From: Octopus bimaculoides
Taxonomy: Eukaryota
NCBI RefSeq assembly: GCF_001194135.2
Contig: NC_068982.1
Coordinates: 77,752,976-77,804,142, forward strand
DNA: 51,167 nt
Reading direction: 5' to 3'
In this document: positions 37,820 to 50,682 of the stretch, one piece after another
Layout: each line of letters starts with the position of its first letter
How positions within the stretch are numbered: the stretch's first letter is position 1
The notes under the pieces: model-generated
Seen by the model: the letters and a program-made list of their open reading frames with translations, nothing else
Database searches by the model: none
What the model was told of the DNA's origin: nothing
Made by a program: the position numbers and the translations under genes

Positions 37820-38033
37820 CATTCAGATTACTCTGTCAAATGTAACGCTTATTTATTAACATTGTTTTGAATTAATCATGCATAATCTTGTACCTTCAAG
37901 ATTTTGATGATGTGATTGTTTATATTTAAGATGATGTAGAGTAGGTGTGAGAAGGCCAGATCTGGCCAGTTTGAACATAAAACAAGTAAAATATTTGGGC
38001 CAGATATGGTTGGTATAAATGATAAAGGGTTAA
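37820..38033. mobile_element. piggyBac-type MITE family B
   Basis: Same internal sequence as the other copies; ends aatgataaaggg|ttaa. Confidence 0.8.
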
Positions 38034-38491
38034 AATCTAATAAATGTTCAGTTGACAAACAAACATATTTTTCTGCTGTTTTATTCTTTTCATTAGGAAA
38101 ATTAATATCTTTTCATATAACAAGGCCACCTTATATTTAGCAACATGCATTATATTAAGGTACATATTGTATCTATGATGGTAGACGTAGAAGTCCTGAT
38201 TTTCTATGGTACTGTAGTATAACCAGCAATGGTAGAAATAAAAATCAATAGTTTGGATGCTGAATGTCAATTTCAGAATTTCCAGAATTTTTGGAATCAT
38301 TTTCACATTAATTTTATTTTTTATATATTTTTATTTAATTTTTAACTTTTTAATCTTTTTAGATCCCAGTTTTCACTCAATATTTTCATTTCAATGTCTA
38401 AACTGCTTTTTTTTTTAGCATTCCTGAAATATTCACATTGCTTTTCTCCTCTCTGTGTGTGTGTGTGTATGTGTATGTGTGTGTGTGTGTA

Positions 38492-38548
<57 letters not shown>

Positions 38549-39021
38549 TGTGTGTGTGTGTGTTTATTATGGCTTAGGCAGAAATGTTAGAACATTGGCA
38601 AAAATGCTTTGTGGTGTTTGTTTTGACCCTTTATTTATTTTCTGGGATCAAATCCAGCCAAGAGCAAGTTTACCTTTTAATTTTTGGGGGACAATAAAAT
38701 AATGATTAATGACTTGTAGACACATGGTATTTCATTATGCAACCATAATATGCTACAAAGTATATTAAACAATTTTATAAGTCAGTACCGTGTACTACAG
38801 TATTAGCAGTGCACTTAAATCTGTAGAAATAAAGTACCAGGGAAGTACTGAGGAAAGGTGGAGGACTAAGCTATCCACTCCTAAAATTCCTTGTTTTGTG
38901 CTAGCAACAATTAAAAATCTCACTTTGATCATTTATATCTTTTAATTGTAGGTTTCTCAAAATTTCTTATTAGTGCTTAGTGTAATAATATTTTGAGGAG
39001 CACTGTATCATAAATGTTTAA

Positions 39022-39239
39022 CCTTTTAGCATTCAGATTACTCTGTCAAATTTAATACCTATTAATTTGCATCGTTTTGAATTAATCATGCATTATTCTG
39101 TAACTTTTAAATTTCAAAGATGTGATTGTTTAATTTTTTAGAATGACATTTTAGGGTAGATGTGAGAGGCCAGATTTTGACAGTTTGAACATAAAACAGA
39201 ATTTTTGAGCCAGATATGGCTGGCTTAAATGCTAAAGGG
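39022..39239. mobile_element. piggyBac-type MITE family B
   Basis: TTAA|CCTTTTAGCATTC...AATGCTAAAGGG|TTGA. Confidence 0.82.
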
Positions 39240-39864
39240 TTGAAAACCTTACACTTCTGTATGACATTAACTCTATGGGTGTTTGGTAGTGTAACATTTT
39301 TTTATATTTTAGAATAAAAGCACAGAGACATCTCTATGTCTCTGTTTCGAATCAGCTGCTTGCCAAAGCCTCCCAGAGTTTTAATTTCCTTATGCTTGGT
39401 GTCATCCTTCAGCTTCCAAACAACAAAAAAACACACTAAGTTCCCAGAATCTGTGATTGGTTATTTGATTTTTATGTTCTCTGCTCTTCCCCATTGCCAA
39501 TCCTTTACTGTTTTCAAGTGAGATAATATTTCTCCCTCGAAAGATTGGAAATCAAGGGTACCCTTGTATGATAGTGATTATTGTTTATAACTATCATACA
39601 TTGTCAAGACAGGGAGACATTAACACACACACTCACATACACACACACGCACATCTGTACACACACTTATACATACATACATATACACACACATACATAC
39701 ATACACACACACACACATACATACACACATACACACACACACATACATACACACACGCAGAGGTTTGGTGATATAAGCAGGAAAACTTCTGTTGATAAAA
39801 TACACACACACAGTGTGTGTATGTGAAGGCGCATGGCTTAATGGTTAGGTATTGCACTCACAAT

Positions 39865-40017
39865 TACGAGATCGTGGGTTTGACTCCCAGACCGGCTGTT
39901 GCGTTGTGTTCTTGAGTAAAGCACTTCATTCCATGTTGCTCTGCGATCATTTCGACACCTTTACAGGTAATGTCGATCTGATGGAGGGAATGAGCTTATG
40001 TCTACACAAACATCTGA
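39865..40017 (+). mobile_element. Third type of tRNA-derived SINE, truncated by a gap
   Basis: A-box-like tggcttaatgg and B-box-like ggtttgactcc, followed by tgtgttcttgagtaaagcactt. Confidence 0.7.
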
Positions 40018-40157
40018 NNNNNNNNNNNNNNNNNNNNNNNNNNNNNNNNNNNNNNNNNNNNNNNNNNNNNNNNNNNNNNNNNNNNNNNNNNNNNNNNNNN
40101 NNNNNNNNNNNNNNNNNNNNNNNNNNNNNNNNNNNNNNNNNNNNNNNNNNNNNNNNN
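40018..40157. other. Assembly gap (140 N)
   Basis: N run. Confidence 1.
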
Positions 40158-40691
40158 ATATATATATATATATAGTGGGCTTCTTTCAGTTTCTATCTAC
40201 CAAAATCCATTCACAAGGCTTTAGTTGGCCCAGGACTATGGTAAGGGACACTTGTCCAAGATGCCATGCAATGGGATTGAACCTGAAACTATATGGTTAT
40301 GAAGCAAACTTCTTAACCACACAAATCACAATGTACTACTGATTCACTTTTACATTACTCTTCCATTGATTTCATTCTGTCTGTTTAGTACATTGTGATC
40401 TATAGCTATTACATTTATCAAATGATATTCTTATTTACTTCTAGTGATCAGTACATGGTTTCTGTATTCCCATCATGTCATCATTGTGTGTGTGTATGTG
40501 AATTGAAATACCAATAAACCATTTTTTTCTGTGATTATGTCCACAATAAGTGGCTCATTTTACTATGTCACAGCTTGAATCTAAATCTATGCCACTTTAT
40601 ACAATGCATTACAGTTTAATGTGGTGGAGTTTAATTCATGATATGCATGAATGTTAAACGATAATGATGCATACATACACGTGTGTGCATG

Positions 40692-40764
<73 letters not shown>

Positions 40765-41410
40765 TCTATGAATACATTAGGAGTGATTGCTAGGGTGATG
40801 TAGTTGTTATACTCCTCTCTGTTATGTATTTCTGTTTCACACTTTCTTCACTATTCGTATATACATAGATATATTTTTTATGTTAAGGAATGGCATTTAT
40901 TTCACTATAATATGTTCTTGTTTATGTCATTATAATATTAAAATGTTCAGTACATCATTTCTTCAGTAGCCACAATTTATTACCAACAGATAACACACTG
41001 TAAAGTGGTTGGTGTTAGGAAGGGTACCTGGCTATAGAAAAGCTGCCTCAACAAATTCTGTCCAATCCATGCAAGTATGGAAGAGTGGGCATTAAAACAA
41101 CAATGATGATGATGTTTTAGTGTTGGCCTCATTGAGAATGATTTACAGAATATGTCTTGGTACCTGATGCAATATTCCTGAAGAGAGTTAGTAAATTTAA
41201 GAATATCAGCTTCAACCAGGAGTGAAAGTGATTTGTAACCTCAATTCTGTGAGAGTTTACTTATAGAAAATCACACACGAATCTATTCACCAACAGGAAC
41301 AGGTGTGTAGTAGAGGAGATACATTGGAAAGTGAGTAAAGAAATAGTCAGGATGAGGTGTCAGGGCATACCCTCAAGGTACAAGGTATATATATATATAT
41401 ATATATATAT

Positions 41411-41500
41411 NNNNNNNNNNNNNNNNNNNNNNNNNNNNNNNNNNNNNNNNNNNNNNNNNNNNNNNNNNNNNNNNNNNNNNNNNNNNNNNNNNNNNNNNNN
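41411..41500. other. Assembly gap (90 N) within (TA)n
   Basis: N run. Confidence 1.
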
Positions 41501-42627
41501 TATATTAAGAAAATTAAAATGTGCCTTATGAATCATTTTTTATTTTTTTCATGGTTCAAACTGAAATATCGTACCATTAAAATGTGCTTCTTTTTTTTTT
41601 TTTATGACAAATGTAGGAAATTTTCTCTCATTTTCTTTATATTATTTTATCTCTTCTTCTGATCATTGCATCTTTTACTTCACATATATGAATGTTTGAA
41701 TATTTTCAGGAAGAAAAAATAAAACTCAGTTTAGTCATTAATCATCTTAATAACTGGTAAAATGAATAAAATATAACCATTTTTGATAATATTTATGTTC
41801 TGCCAATTTTTCAAGCTCTTGTTTTGGTTGTGAAGACTCTAAATGTTGTAGTATTTTCTATGAGTTTTCACATATGCAAGTACACCAGCACCCACCTAAG
41901 TAGACAAAGACATGTTTCTCATCTTTAACCAATGATTAACTCCACATGCAGTTCTAGTGACTTGAATACGTATTCTTTAGTCAGTCTAACAAGCCATTTT
42001 GTCTAGAATGTGGCAAAAAAACTTCCCACATTCAATATTCTTTATAAATGTTATATGGGCAGTTTTTCTGCCACACCTGTATTCTTTCAAATATTATAAA
42101 TCTTCACATAATGTTATACTGGGGTCTGGCCCCTGCTCCCCCAGTTATGAATGTTTATATCCATGAAAGGTTAAGCAATTTAATCTTTTTATCACATTTC
42201 TGTGCACATATTTATTCTATTTCCTATTAACCATATAAGGTCAATAGAAGACTATGATATTATTTGTCTTATTATTGCTAGAATTATGACATGATAATGC
42301 TTGTCTGTGTATAATCATGTCTATATCATGACATGATAATGTTACTTTCGTCATGTGAAATTTGTATTGTATCATCTTTTTGTTTTCTGACATTTTTATT
42401 ATATTATTTTCCCCAATGACAAATCTCTTGAAATCAATGTATTTTTAGAGGAAACGGCTGCTACAAATAAGAAAATTTTTATTATGAACATTTCCTTAAC
42501 TATGACTACTCAAAGACTCAATTTATTGAGAATGTACCCCTAAACACTGTAAACCCCAGCCATAGTTAAAGGGAGCCGTCTTGTCTTCTTCAGGTGAGCT
42601 GATTGTGTTAAAGTTTTACACTTAGAA

Positions 42628-44070
42628 TTATTAATGAGCTCCCAGAATTGTTAGCATGTTGGACAAAATACTTAGCAGCATTTCTTCTAGTTTTACATTC
42701 TGAGTTCAAATACCACTGAGGTCAACTTTGCCCTTCATCCTTTTGGGGGGTCAATAAAACAAGTACCTGTCAAGGACTGGGGTTTATTTAATTGACTTGC
42801 CCTTTACCTAAGTTTGCTGGCCTTATGCCAAGATTTGAAACCATTAATATTGGTACCAAAATAATGTTGATCTTACTAATGCAAAGCGAAATGAATGTAA
42901 TACACTGATTACAATAAGATTCTTGTTAATGAACCTAGTATTAATTATTTTTAACAAATTTATGTGCCAACATTTTAATCAACAAATCTGTGATCATTAA
43001 CATTTAATATTAGCATAAACCAAGGTGATGAGCTGGCAGAAGCATGAGCATGCTGGGTAAAATGCTTAGCAGCAATTTGTCTTAGATTCTGAGTTCAAAT
43101 TTTGCTGAGTTTGACTTTGATTTTCATCCTTCTGGGGTCAATAAAATAAGCACAGTTGAGTACTGGGGTCAATGTAATCGACTTGCTGGACCTGTGCCAA
43201 AATTTGAAACCAATATCAGCATTGGTGTGTTGTAAAGTGGCAGAAGGTTTACAGTGAAGAACTGCATTAAAAACTTGCATTTGATTTGCAAGTGGGAACC
43301 ATTTCATATCACCACTGCCTTGGAAAAGGCATCAAAGTCACCACTTCCTGTCTACTGTTGACAAATCCAAGTTTCATGCTTACATTAGAAGATGATGAGA
43401 AACTGTTCCTGTACTACTTAGCTCAAAACAATGACATTGTATAACAGTAGTATCTAGATAACATTGATGATAATGATGATGGTGATGGTGGTGATAGTAT
43501 TAGGGTGTCAAACAAAATACTTTGCAGTGTTTATTCCAGTTCTTTAAATTTTGAATCAAATCTCATTAAGGTCAACTTTGCTTTTCACCCTTTTGTGGTG
43601 CTGATAGAATAAAGTTGCTGTCAAGTACTAGGGGTGATAGTATGAACTAATCCTTTCAAAATTATTGTCTTTGGGCCTAAATCAAAAACCTTGTTAAAAC
43701 TTGTGAATTGGTAAATAGTCAGAGCATTGGGAAAATGCATTGCAGTATTTATTCTGACTCTATGTTTAGAGTTCAAATCTCACCACGATCAGCTTTGTCC
43801 TTGTTTATAAAGTATTGGGGTTAATCTAATTGACTAACAGCCACCTCTCAAAATTGATGGTCTTGTGCCTGGCAAAATCAGTTGAGCCTCATACAAAATG
43901 TTGCACTCATTCTAGTACTTAACCTTCTGAATTCAAATCTTGTTGGGGTCAACTTTGCCTTTCATCCCTCTGGGGTTGATAAAATAAAGTACCAGTCAAG
44001 TACTGGGGGCAATTTAATCAACCACTACCTCACCCACATTTCAAGCCTTGAGCCTAAATTAGAAACTATT
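42628..44070 (+). mobile_element. Cluster of about 5 same-orientation family-A SINE copies
   Basis: Core aactttgcc/ttttcatcc...ggggtc recurs near 42720, 43110, 43575, 43790 and 43950. Confidence 0.85.
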
Positions 44071-45080
44071 GTTGTTATAGTTATTTCTATGAAAACATCA
44101 CATGTATGAAAACATCACATGTACATCATCATCATCATTTTAATGTTCACTTTTTCATGCTCATATGGGACACAGAATTTATTGAGACATATTTTCTATG
44201 AGCAGATCCCCTTCATATTGCCAAGTAACGTTATATTTCCAAGTAACGTTATATTTCCCCATGACCAAACATGTTCATCATAGAATATTGGAAACAAAGG
44301 GATATCACTTGCATATTTTAACTGACTGAAAAATGTGTTTATTTCACAATACTACATTATGTGCCAACTGTGTATTTTGTTTTGGCCTGCCAGCTGCAGT
44401 ATGCTTTGGTTTATGTGGTTTCTACTAATTTTTTATGAGGACCCAAAGGTTTCCAGTTATTTCAGAGTTGTCTTGCTTGGTATTTAATACTTAGGAAAGC
44501 ATAAAGCGCTTGAAATGCATATATTAGTTGGGGGCACTCCAAACTGAATTTGGTGTTTTACTCCATTTGTTTAAAGTGAGAATTTTTCTCCATGGCAAAC
44601 TGCAGTGAAAAGGACTTTTTTTTCCAGCTCAAATATGTCCCAAACATATTTGAATTGATTGGAAAGTGTGTTTATACACATATGTGTGTATGTGTTGTGT
44701 ATATATGTATGTCATCATCATCATCATTTAACATTGTTTTCTATGCTGGCATGGGTTGGGCAGTTTGATAGGAGCTAGTAAGGCCAGAAGCTGCATCAGG
44801 CTCCATTGTCTGTTTTGACATGGTTTCTATGGCTGGATGCTCTTTCTAATGCCAGTATATATATATATATATATATATAAATTTTACCAGAGAGATGACA
44901 GTGGCTGTGAAGTTTTGGCCTGTTAGCTTTCATTAGACTGTACTGTCTTCTTTTATCTTCCTTCCTATACATCTACTCCCCAGACCTATATACACCAAAC
45001 CAAATTTTCACTTGACACATTGCTCCACCTATCCAAAAAAGGGAACTTGCCAAAGACTGTATAAAGCAAAAAAAAAACCG

Positions 45081-45240
45081 AACCCAATGAAGGCTAGCAG
45101 GTTGAAACTTTAAAGTTGCTGTCAGCTCACTTGTAAAAGTTTAATAAATAATGTACTTTACTAATGAGTAATGATTAGTTCATCAATTTAATGTTGAATT
45201 ATTTTTATGTATAACTTGACATAAAAATGAACATTAATAT
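45081..45240 (+). repeat. Dispersed repeat starting with a decayed hammerhead-ribozyme-like core (copy 2)
   Basis: ccAATGA-AGGCtagcAGGTT-GAAAC-TTTAAA-GTT-GCTG at 45084-45121. Homologous to 1272-1429. Confidence 0.6.
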
Positions 45241-46913
45241 CTGTGTGTGTGTGTGAGTGTTTCCTTGCTCTGACATTGCATGTTAGTTATAAATGAATGT
45301 CCCTGTCATATAAGCAGTGTCATTCATTTCTGTTATTCTGTGAAAACATGCCTGGTCATGGAGAAATATTTCCTTGCTTGGAAACAGATTAGGGTTGGTG
45401 ACAGGAAGGGCATCATGCCACAGAAAATCTGTCTCATTAAACTCTGTCTGACCCATGCAAGCATGAAAAAGTGGACATGAAAACGATGATGATGATGACT
45501 GTGCTAACAAAACACCAAATTTTATAGTGTATTTGTTGCTTATAGTGGTGATTTATGCTTCCTTCCCATAGTGCATATTTATAACTAGGTAGACTGTGAC
45601 ATTGAGAGTCAGGTGTCTTGACTAAGAACACAGTATTAACACAGTACAGTCCCAGGATCACCCACCACTTCTTAAACAGATAAGCCAGCTTGGTTAGCAC
45701 TCAATCAACCCACCGAGCTGTAACTGTGAAATTACTTTTTTTTTTCTGATGCAGAACCAAATAACAAGAATCTGTATTCAATGTAAAAACAAGATTATCC
45801 TTTCATTTGTTTCTTTCCTCTAATCATGGTTTGCATATACAATGTTATATGATTATATATGTTATATTATATCATATTATATTATATGGTTATGTATTAT
45901 ATATTATATTATATTATATATAATTATCTTCATGCCCTGAATACTTTAAACATTTACTATTTCTCTCATTTTTACACTTCTTTTTGAAAGTTGTTCAGAA
46001 AATATTTTGTAAAAGTTTCACGAAGCTAGTCAAAACTGTTAAATGTAATTGTTACTACGTCGATTAATCTGTTTATTCTGGAAAATAAATTGAATATTTG
46101 AATAATCATTGTTGTTATTATTAAGATTGCCATTTCATCCTTGTTGTTCTTCAGTCTTAGATCTGCTCTCATCTACGTGACCTTGTAACACTGCGTTACA
46201 TGATTTTTGTCCTTGGGTAGCAACTGTTATTTCCTATTTGCTTACCCTTAGAAAGTATAACAAATGGCTAATATTTCCTTCAAACTTTGCTTTTGTTACA
46301 TTTATTCACACCCACAAAGAATCCCTCTCAGCACATGGCTATGATGCTCTGCCACTACAGAATATTTGCTATAAGGGTATTTCTGCTTCGGTGCAGAATC
46401 TGTCTGCAATGTAATGGAAAAGAGGTCAATTTCAAAACATTGATGTCCAGGTCACAAAAGCAAAATTTGAAAGGAATAGTAGTCATTTCCTTTGATTTCT
46501 AGATAGAAGCAAATAGGAAATAACACTTACTGACAAGACAAACAAAAATAAAAATTTTGTTCCAGTGTTATCAAAGACATTCCATCTATAGATGCTACTT
46601 TTTCTGATTCATTCTTCCTTTCTGAAAGATAGTAGAGTGAGATTTGAGGAAGATTTAGCTTCCATGATGTTAATTGAGAATCACAGGACAGTTAAAATAA
46701 AGAGCAGCAAACCACCAGGTAGGTGACCATTATTTGGTGATTTTGGTCAGTGAAAGGCATGAGTACCCCACTGATTTATCTGCCAGTTTTATCTGAAAAT
46801 TGGCATTTAGCATGTGTCTGCTGATCACTGCCCATTCATATGGATGGGGCTTATGTCTTTCATGATGCAACATCTACTATGCTGCAAAATATGGCATTAT
46901 TGTTATTATTATT

Positions 46914-48036
46914 AAAGCAGGGAGTAGGCAGAATCATTAACACACTAGTCAAAATGCTTAGTGGCATTTCATCTGCCTATATGTTCTTAGTTCAGATTCT
47001 GCCGAGGTCGACTTTGCCTTTCATTCTTTCAGGGTTGATTAAATAAGTACCAGTTAAACATTGGGGTCGATGTAATTGACTCATCCCCCACTCTAAAATT
47101 GCTGACCTTGTAAAATTTGAAACCATTATTAAGGCAGGGAGTAGGCAGAATCATTAACACACTGGTCAAAATGCTCAGCAGCGTTTCATCTGCCTTTGTT
47201 CTGAGTTGGACTTTGCCTTTCATCCATTTCCAGGTAAAAAAAAAAAAGTATCATTTGAGTATTGGAGTTGATGTAATTGATTTACCTATTGACCCAGTAA
47301 AAAGAAAAAAAAAAAAAATTCAGGCATGGTGCCTATAGTAGAAAGACTCTTATTGTTGAGGCAGTGTGCTGGCAGAATCGTTAACATGGTGGACAAAATA
47401 CTTTGTGGTATTTCATTTATTATAGATAGATTGGATGATGATGAGATTCCACTGAGGTCAACTTAGCCTTTCATCTTTTCAGGGTGTTGGCGAAATAAGA
47501 ACCAGCTGAGTAGTGGGGTCGTTGTAATTAACTTACCTCCTGCTCCGAATTTACTGGCCTTGGGCCAAAATTTAAAACTATTATTATTATCATTATTAAA
47601 GCAGCGAGCTGAAGGAATTGTTAGCTTAGTGGCATTTTGTCAATTTTTACATTCTGAATTCAACCACAAAAGGATGGAAGGCAAAGTTAACCTTAACAGA
47701 AGTTGACTTTGCCTTCCATCCTTTTATGGTTGATAAATTAAGTACTAGTTATGCACTGGGGTTAATGTAAACCCCTGCCTCCTCACCAAAATGCCAGGCT
47801 TTGTGCCAATAGTACAGAGTTATAACTATTATTAATGTGGTAAGCTGGTAGAATCCTTACTGCATTGGACAAAATGCTCAGTGGCATTTCTGTACTATTA
47901 GAGTTGAAATGCCACTGAGGTCAACTTTACCTTTCATCCTTTCGGGTCGATAAAATAAGTACCATGTGAGCACTGGGATCGATGTAATAGACTTCTTCCC
48001 CATAAAACTGCTAGCCTTGTGCCAAAATTAGAAAGA
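46914..48036 (+). mobile_element. Head-to-tail array of five family-A SINEs
   Basis: Heads near 46914, 47131, 47358, 47598 and 47833, most directly preceded by attatta(a). Confidence 0.9.
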
Positions 48037-48137
48037 CAGGTTTATGAAAAAAAGATATAGGGGAGATAACTTTTCTGAGGTAAACTTTTGAAAATATCTG
48101 AGTTACTTCCCTTGTACCTTTCTCTTAAAGGGAATTA

Positions 48138-48298
48138 CCTATTTTAACGTGTAAAAAGAATCCCCTAATTTTGGGAGCTTAACATTTGGAAAAATGGTTT
48201 TGTAAGGGATTATAATATTATCCGAGTATAAAAACTCCTATATTTTTTTAAACCTAATTTTTGATAAAAATGGGTTCTTTATACACGTTAAAATACGG
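48138..48298. mobile_element. Small Tc1/pogo-type MITE
   Basis: TA|CCTATTTTAACGTGTAAAAAGAATCCC ... GGGTTCTTTATACACGTTAAAATACGG|TA; imperfect TIRs of about 27 bp. Confidence 0.7.
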
Positions 48299-49612
48299 TA
48301 GTTATTGTAAGGTTAAGGATTTTTAAACTTGGATTTTAATCAATAACAATCAGACTGTTCTCTTCAAATCATTTCCAACTATAATTTTTCTACTAAATGA
48401 TACTTATCTCAGAGAAGTGTGATAGTTTTCGTTTTGATTGTTTTCTTAACGGTAACTCCTCACCCCCATCCAGAACAGATCAATTATAATCTTTACTCGT
48501 TGTTACTTTGATAAGTCATTTTAAAGACAATACTTCCTTTAAATACAGACGAACGTATTGTTTGCTCCAACCATAACGAAAGTTATGAAAACCACGTATC
48601 GTTTGACAGGAAAATAATCGGCAATTGAAAACAGTCAAATATTTAAATCTCTTAAGTATTATCTGCGTGGTGGTGAATGCTTCAGGGGACATAACTAACA
48701 AAGTAGTCTTGCTTATTGAGAAGAGTTATGTAACTTACTTTTTTTTTATTTCATGCTTACTGTGTCTGTTTTTAACGGAATAACTTTTAAAATCCGTTAT
48801 GTGAAACAGCAGCAGCTGTTTACATATCATGCTTAGTACATCATGATAGGGAAATCACTGCGGTAATTTGTCTTGAAATAATATCTCATTTGGACGTGCA
48901 GCACACTCATATCCGGTGTATTTACATCAAGTATGATACACAAATGGCTAGCTTTTTTAATGATTTGCTATGGCCTTAGTAAGCCGTCTCAGACTGGTGA
49001 TATCTATGTGGTTGGTCATCTCCATGAAAAACTGAAAGCCGACGACGAGAGGAAAAACATGAGTAATGAGGTAATGCCAGATGTTTTGTGGGTAAAACTG
49101 GTTAAGGCCGAGGTTAGTTACAGCATCGGTGAAGAGATGGATGAACCTGATGGGGAGTGGCATGACAAGAGTCAGCAACAGGGAGCAGAGGTTATTTTAA
49201 TAGCGGTAGAATACCCCGAGCGAGGAGATGTACGTCTACAGGTAGAGGTTTTTAATGTGTTGGTGAGAAACGTCATGCCAATTAACCCAAATGACCGCTG
49301 TCTGCATCTATTAGGATACTTCTGTCACACCTGCGACGGTAGAGTTAACACATGTAGAGAACTGAAGTATTTTACTGACCTCATAGAGAAGTCTTGGGAT
49401 GTTAGAAACCAAAGGTAATTTCACAGCTTGCATTTGTAGCGTATTTCGAAGGTTTTAATTGCATTTTGTTCATGATTTTGAGCGGGTGAGTTACAAGAGT
49501 ACTTCCATCACATAGGCAGCAACTGTGTCTTTATGTTGTTGAAAGAGGGAACATTGATTTATCGAAATTGATGAAATATAAAAGAAAAATTCGATATAAT
49601 GATTTCTCTGTT

Positions 49613-49695
<83 letters not shown>

Positions 49696-49900
49696 AACAA
49701 ATAAACAACAAATAAAAGAAGACAAACTATCATAGAGACCTTTATTCATGCGGTTTACAAGAATGGGTTGCTAATGGAACATAGGAATAGGACCGCGCTA
49801 AAAAATTAAATAAGCACTATGTATTAAAAATGAAATTAAAAATCCACCGCGACCCTCGCGTCTTATTTTATGGAACCACAATTTATTTTTCGAATTTTTC
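48280..49900. promoter_or_regulatory. CpG-retaining, likely unmethylated promoter/first-exon region
   Basis: CG dinucleotides are visibly more frequent than in the surrounding introns (judged by eye, not computed), and the region encloses the 48933 ORF. Confidence 0.45.
48933..49414 (+). CDS. Putative first coding exon of an unidentified secreted or membrane protein (or a single-exon gene ending at TAA 49418)
   Basis: 161 open codons in non-repetitive, more GC/CpG-rich sequence. The N-terminus MIHKWLAFLMICYGLSKPSQTG looks like a signal peptide, and AG|GTAATT at 49414/49415 is a plausible donor. The in-phase antisense frame has several stops. Confidence 0.6.
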
Positions 49901-49924
49901 AACCGTGACTATTTCACATGTACG

Positions 49925-50604
49925 AAGGGTATATTGGGCTTCGTATATTTTACCCCAGTGTCACTTTGATGGCATGCACTGCTCTCTCACTCAACAACAA
50001 CAACAGCAACAACAACAACAACAACAACAATAATAATAATAAAATGCCGTGATGCAGTACCAGGCACTGGCTCTCATGGCTTCTCCTCTTAACTGATTGG
50101 AAGTGTTATCATGTCCATCGTTTTGTCTTGGTATAAATGGGCTGCAGCAAATATTCTACTCAATACCACAGATTTGCTTGTCAGTTGTTTGACCATGACC
50201 TGTTGAGCAGGTCCTTTGGTGGTTGACGATATGTGCATCTCTGATCACGAGCAGAAGTAGTGGGGGAGCATCATAGTCATGTGTTGAGAGGAATTCTTTG
50301 GAGTTTGAATAATTCACTTCTGGAAACATGGGTGTTTCGTTCAACATCCTTAAACAACTCTTAGTCAAGGACCAGTTGAGTGGATGGGTTACCTGACCCG
50401 AAGAATATTCTAACTGAGCCCCACCTACAAGGTCATGCGCTGTTTATCTTGATATGAGATCACCATGTCACGCATGACTGTGATGCATGTGTCTGGCGTA
50501 CCCTTATCAGACGGGTAGTTTGATGGGTATATTGGGCTTCGTATATCTTACCCTAGTGTCACTTTGATGGCATACTCTCTCACACAATAATAATGATGAT
50601 GATG

Positions 50605-50680
<76 letters not shown>
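49925..50680 (+). mobile_element. (AAT)n-tailed element: a short 3' fragment (49925-50040) plus a 5'-complete copy (50041 to about 50680) inserted in its tail
   Basis: The 3' end gggtatattgggcttcgtata..ccagtgtcactttgatggcat occurs twice. Collinear with 24571-25140. Confidence 0.85.

Positions 50681-50682
<2 letters not shown>

Noticed and set aside
48957-49178. Minus-strand hydrophobic 73-aa ORF as a membrane protein
   Set aside because: It is the in-phase antisense shadow of the longer + ORF. It is bounded by stops and has no evident start or splice context.
48993-49340. B9D2/B9-C2 orthology (DIYVVGHL vs EVHVIGQI; RCLHLLGYFCH vs RCQLAGYGFCH)
   Set aside because: B9D2 is strongly conserved, and its W.HPID and GWP motifs are missing here. 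B9D2 also has no signal peptide. The resemblance is too patchy.
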